Made by a program: the position numbers and the translations under genes. Below, in pieces: positions 61,291 through 64,000 of a stretch of DNA of 64,000 bases (the stretch's first letter is position 1; every line of letters begins with the position of its first letter). Under the pieces are notes generated by a model. It searched no databases. It had not been told where the DNA came from and saw only the letters and a list, made by a program, of their open reading frames with translations. Source of the DNA: Ginglymostoma cirratum (Eukaryota); contig JAHRHZ010000088.1 in NCBI GenBank assembly GCA_024137785.1, positions 7,262,375 to 7,326,374 on the forward strand, given 5' to 3'.

Positions 61291-61744
61291 ACATGAATCA
61301 CAAATAACTCTCCAAAATAGGGGCCATCAAATACTAGAAATACTTTTTATATTTCACAACAGGAAAGTTCTGTCCTGAACAGAAGGGTGTGGATTGAATT
61401 CAACTCAGTCAAAAGGTGGAAGTGGTTAAGCATCAAAAGCTAAAAGGGTTCCTTTGAAAAGGAATTTCCCAATTTATTAAAAGTTTTTGCAGGGTCAAAA
61501 ACCGAATATAGCATTACACTGAAGAAGGATACTAAACTCTTATGCCTTTATCCACTTGTGAAAATATCATTCACTTAATGAAACAGGTTAAGAAACAACT
61601 TGAAGAGGTTGCAAGCAAAGGAGTAATTTCTCAAGCCACAAAACCAACAGAGTGGTATTTTGGCCTGTTCCAGTATGAAGTCTAATGGAACTACTCTAAA
61701 AACCTCAACAAGACACTAGCTAGAGAACTTCACACTAAGTTCAA

Positions 61745-61844
61745 AAACAAAGTTGCTGGTAAAGCTCAGCAGGTCTGGCACCATCCGTGAAGGAAAAAAC
61801 AGTGTTAGTGTTTCGGGTCCGGTGACCCTTCCTCAGAACTAAGA
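61745..61844 (-). mobile_element. Solo PLE/hammerhead unit with 11-bp TSD
   Basis: actaagttcaa at 61734-61744 and 61845-61855; interrupts the Gypsy RT. Confidence 0.9.
61810..61836 (-). ncRNA. Minimal hammerhead ribozyme core
   Basis: CTGAGGA-A-GGGTC-ACCG-GACCC-GAAAC with perfect stem II; cleavage triplet mutated (ACT). Confidence 0.6.
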
Positions 61845-62529
61845 ACTAAGTTCAAGGTTGGTGTGAATCTAGCTAAACTATCAAAGAGCAGAGGTTTCAT
61901 GAAAATTGACAGAAATAGAGGCTTTTCACATGTGTCATTAGATGAGAAATCAAGTTGCTTACCACCTTGCTAACTCTATTTGGATGATCTTACTCTAACA
62001 GCCTACCTTGTGGAATTACATCAGAGATTTTCTACAGAATGATGACAAGTATCATCTCAGAGTCATATATCATAGGGATGATATAGTGCACCACAGGAAA
62101 CAGTTGAAGAGCATGATTAAAGATTAGATCATTTTGAAAAGAAAGGTTTTACACTGAATGAAAAGTGTGAATTCTCTAAAGAATCTATTCACTTCTTGAG
62201 GAACATTGTCAAGAGTGAAGGCTTGATGGTGGATTCCCACCAGATTAAAGGCATTACAGAATTCCAACTTCAAAGTCAGTCCAAGGTCTTCCAAAGCTCT
62301 TGGCTGTGCTGAATCAGTTAACAAAATTTCTGCCAAATCTAGCAACTATTACAGAATCCTTGAAAAAAATCCTCAAGGTGACACATATATGGTGTTGGAA
62401 TCGTCATCAAGCCAAAACTTTAAAAAATGAAATGTTGACATTTATAGATGTTTTATGTGCGTTATAATCTTTCATTTCCAATGATAATAGCAGCTGATGG
62501 TTTTGTTATAGGCGATAACTACCGCTAAA

Positions 62530-62880
62530 AGTGCACTAATCCCAATTTCCTGCACTTGTCCCATATCCTTGAATGTTATATTATCTGAAGTATTCATCCA
62601 AATACTTTTTAAAGTTATAAGGTTTCCAGATTCCACTCTATTCCCAGGCAGTGCATTCCAGATTCCCACCACTACTGAGTGAAAAAGTCTGTTCCCAAAT
62701 ACCCTCAGAATCTCCTGCCCCTTGCCCTAAAACCATGCCCTCTCATGATTGATCCCTCAACCAAGGGGAACAGCTGCTCTCTATTCACCCTGTCCATACC
62801 CCTCTTAACCTTATCCACCTCAATTATATCCCCCCCTCAGCCTTCTCTGCTCTAAAGAAAACAATGCAAGCCTACATGAT
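62530..62880 (-). mobile_element. CR1 3' fragment
   Basis: VGIWNALPG motif; ccaaggggaacagctg, ccccctcagccttctc. Confidence 0.85.
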
Positions 62881-62919
62881 CTATTTTTCATCAAGAACAT
62901 TATCTGATGGAGAAAGACA

Positions 62920-64000
62920 GAATCACAGAATAAACGCAGAACTGTTATGGCAAAGAAGGAGCCTATTCAGGCCATTGTATCTGCACCAGCTCTCCACCAA
63001 GCATTATGATCAAGTGTCATTCTCCTGCCTTTTCCCCACACCCCTGCACATTATTTCTATTCAGAAAACCATCCAATATCCTCTAGAATGCCTCAATTGC
63101 TTCAAACATACTTCCAAGTCATGCAAACCATTCATTGTACAACCAAAGTTTTTTCTCACATCAAATTTTCTATTTTTATAAATCACTTTAATGCTGTATC
63201 TTCTCTTCCTTGATTCTTTTACAAGCAGTAGCATTTTCTCCTTATCCACTCTATCCAGACCTCTCATGGTTTTTAAAATTTCCATCAGATCTCCTATCAG
63301 ACTTCACTCCATGGAGAACAATCCAAATCAATCCAATCTGTTCTCAAATCTGAAGTATCTCATCCTTGGAATCATTTTTGTAACTCCCTCCTGCACTTTC
63401 TCCAACATGTTTACACCTTTCCAACTCAAAGAAGTACCTTTACTCAAACCTTTACAATACTTCAGCTGAGGTCTCACAAGTACTTTTTATAAATTCAGCA
63501 TAACCTTCTTGCCCATTCTACTTTATGCTCCTATCAATAAAACCCCTCATATTATATGTTTTATTAACCACTATCTTCACCTGTCTTGCCACCTTCAGTG
63601 ATCTATGCACATATTCACCCAGTCCCCTTTTCTCCTGCACACCTTAACTGTTGTTCCCTGTATTTTATACCATCTGTCTATATTCTTGTTCCAAAAAGCA
63701 TCAACTCATATTTTTCAAAATAAAAAAATGAAAGAACTGCAAATGCTGTAAACCAGGAAACAAAACAGAAGTTGCTGGAAAAGCTCAGTAGGTCTGGCAG
63801 CATCTGTGAAGGAAAAAACAGAGTTAAAGTTTCGGGTCCGGTGACTCTTCCTCAGAACTCATATTTTTCTGCCTGGAACTTCACCTGCCATCTATTACCA
63901 CTGCACCAACTTGTCTATGTCCTGTTGGAGTTTTACTCTGTCCTGCTTATGGTTTAGAATGCTTCAAAGTTTCATATCATCCATAAACTTAGAAAATGTC
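62920..64000 (-). mobile_element. CR1 3' fragment running off the window
   Basis: agaatcacagaat tail; ILKTMRGLDRVDKEKM; RT core antisense near 63950-64000. Confidence 0.85.
63717..63855 (-). mobile_element. Solo PLE/hammerhead unit with 14-bp TSD inside CR1
   Basis: aactcatatttttc at 63703-63716 and 63856-63869; sense GAGTT-CTGAGGA-A-GAGTC-ACCG-GACCC-GAAAC-TTT-AACTC. Confidence 0.92.

Larger units (their letters stand above)
61330..62520 (+). mobile_element. Decayed Gypsy/Ty3 pol (RT) remnant
   Basis: KQVKKQLEEV..KGVISQATKPTEW, GFSHVSLDEKS, LPCGITS, DD motif and LNEKCEF in broken frames. Confidence 0.8.

Overview
A ~40% GC, CpG-depleted, repeat-dense vertebrate window. The repeat set (V-domain HE1-type SINEs, Deu-type SINEs, many CR1 3' ends, Penelope-like fragments) points to a shark, probably a carpet shark (inference from remembered repeat consensus, not a search). 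There is no intact long ORF and no gene I can name. Roughly half of the window is decayed transposable elements: CR1, L2, RTE, Rex1, Gypsy and solo LTRs, Harbinger and Penelope-like elements (PLEs). The most striking system is about 14 short PLE-derived units, most carrying minimal hammerhead-ribozyme cores (CUGANGA-stem II-GAAA). They occur as solo units with long target-site duplications, as head-to-head hairpin elements, and as one retrozyme-like unit between direct repeats. Also notable: a LINE whose 5' end shares the core of a local tRNA-headed SINE, several candidate exons of an unidentified minus-strand gene, a strictly phased 27-bp repeat, and enhancer-like unique stretches. Coordinates of decayed repeats are approximate (read by eye).
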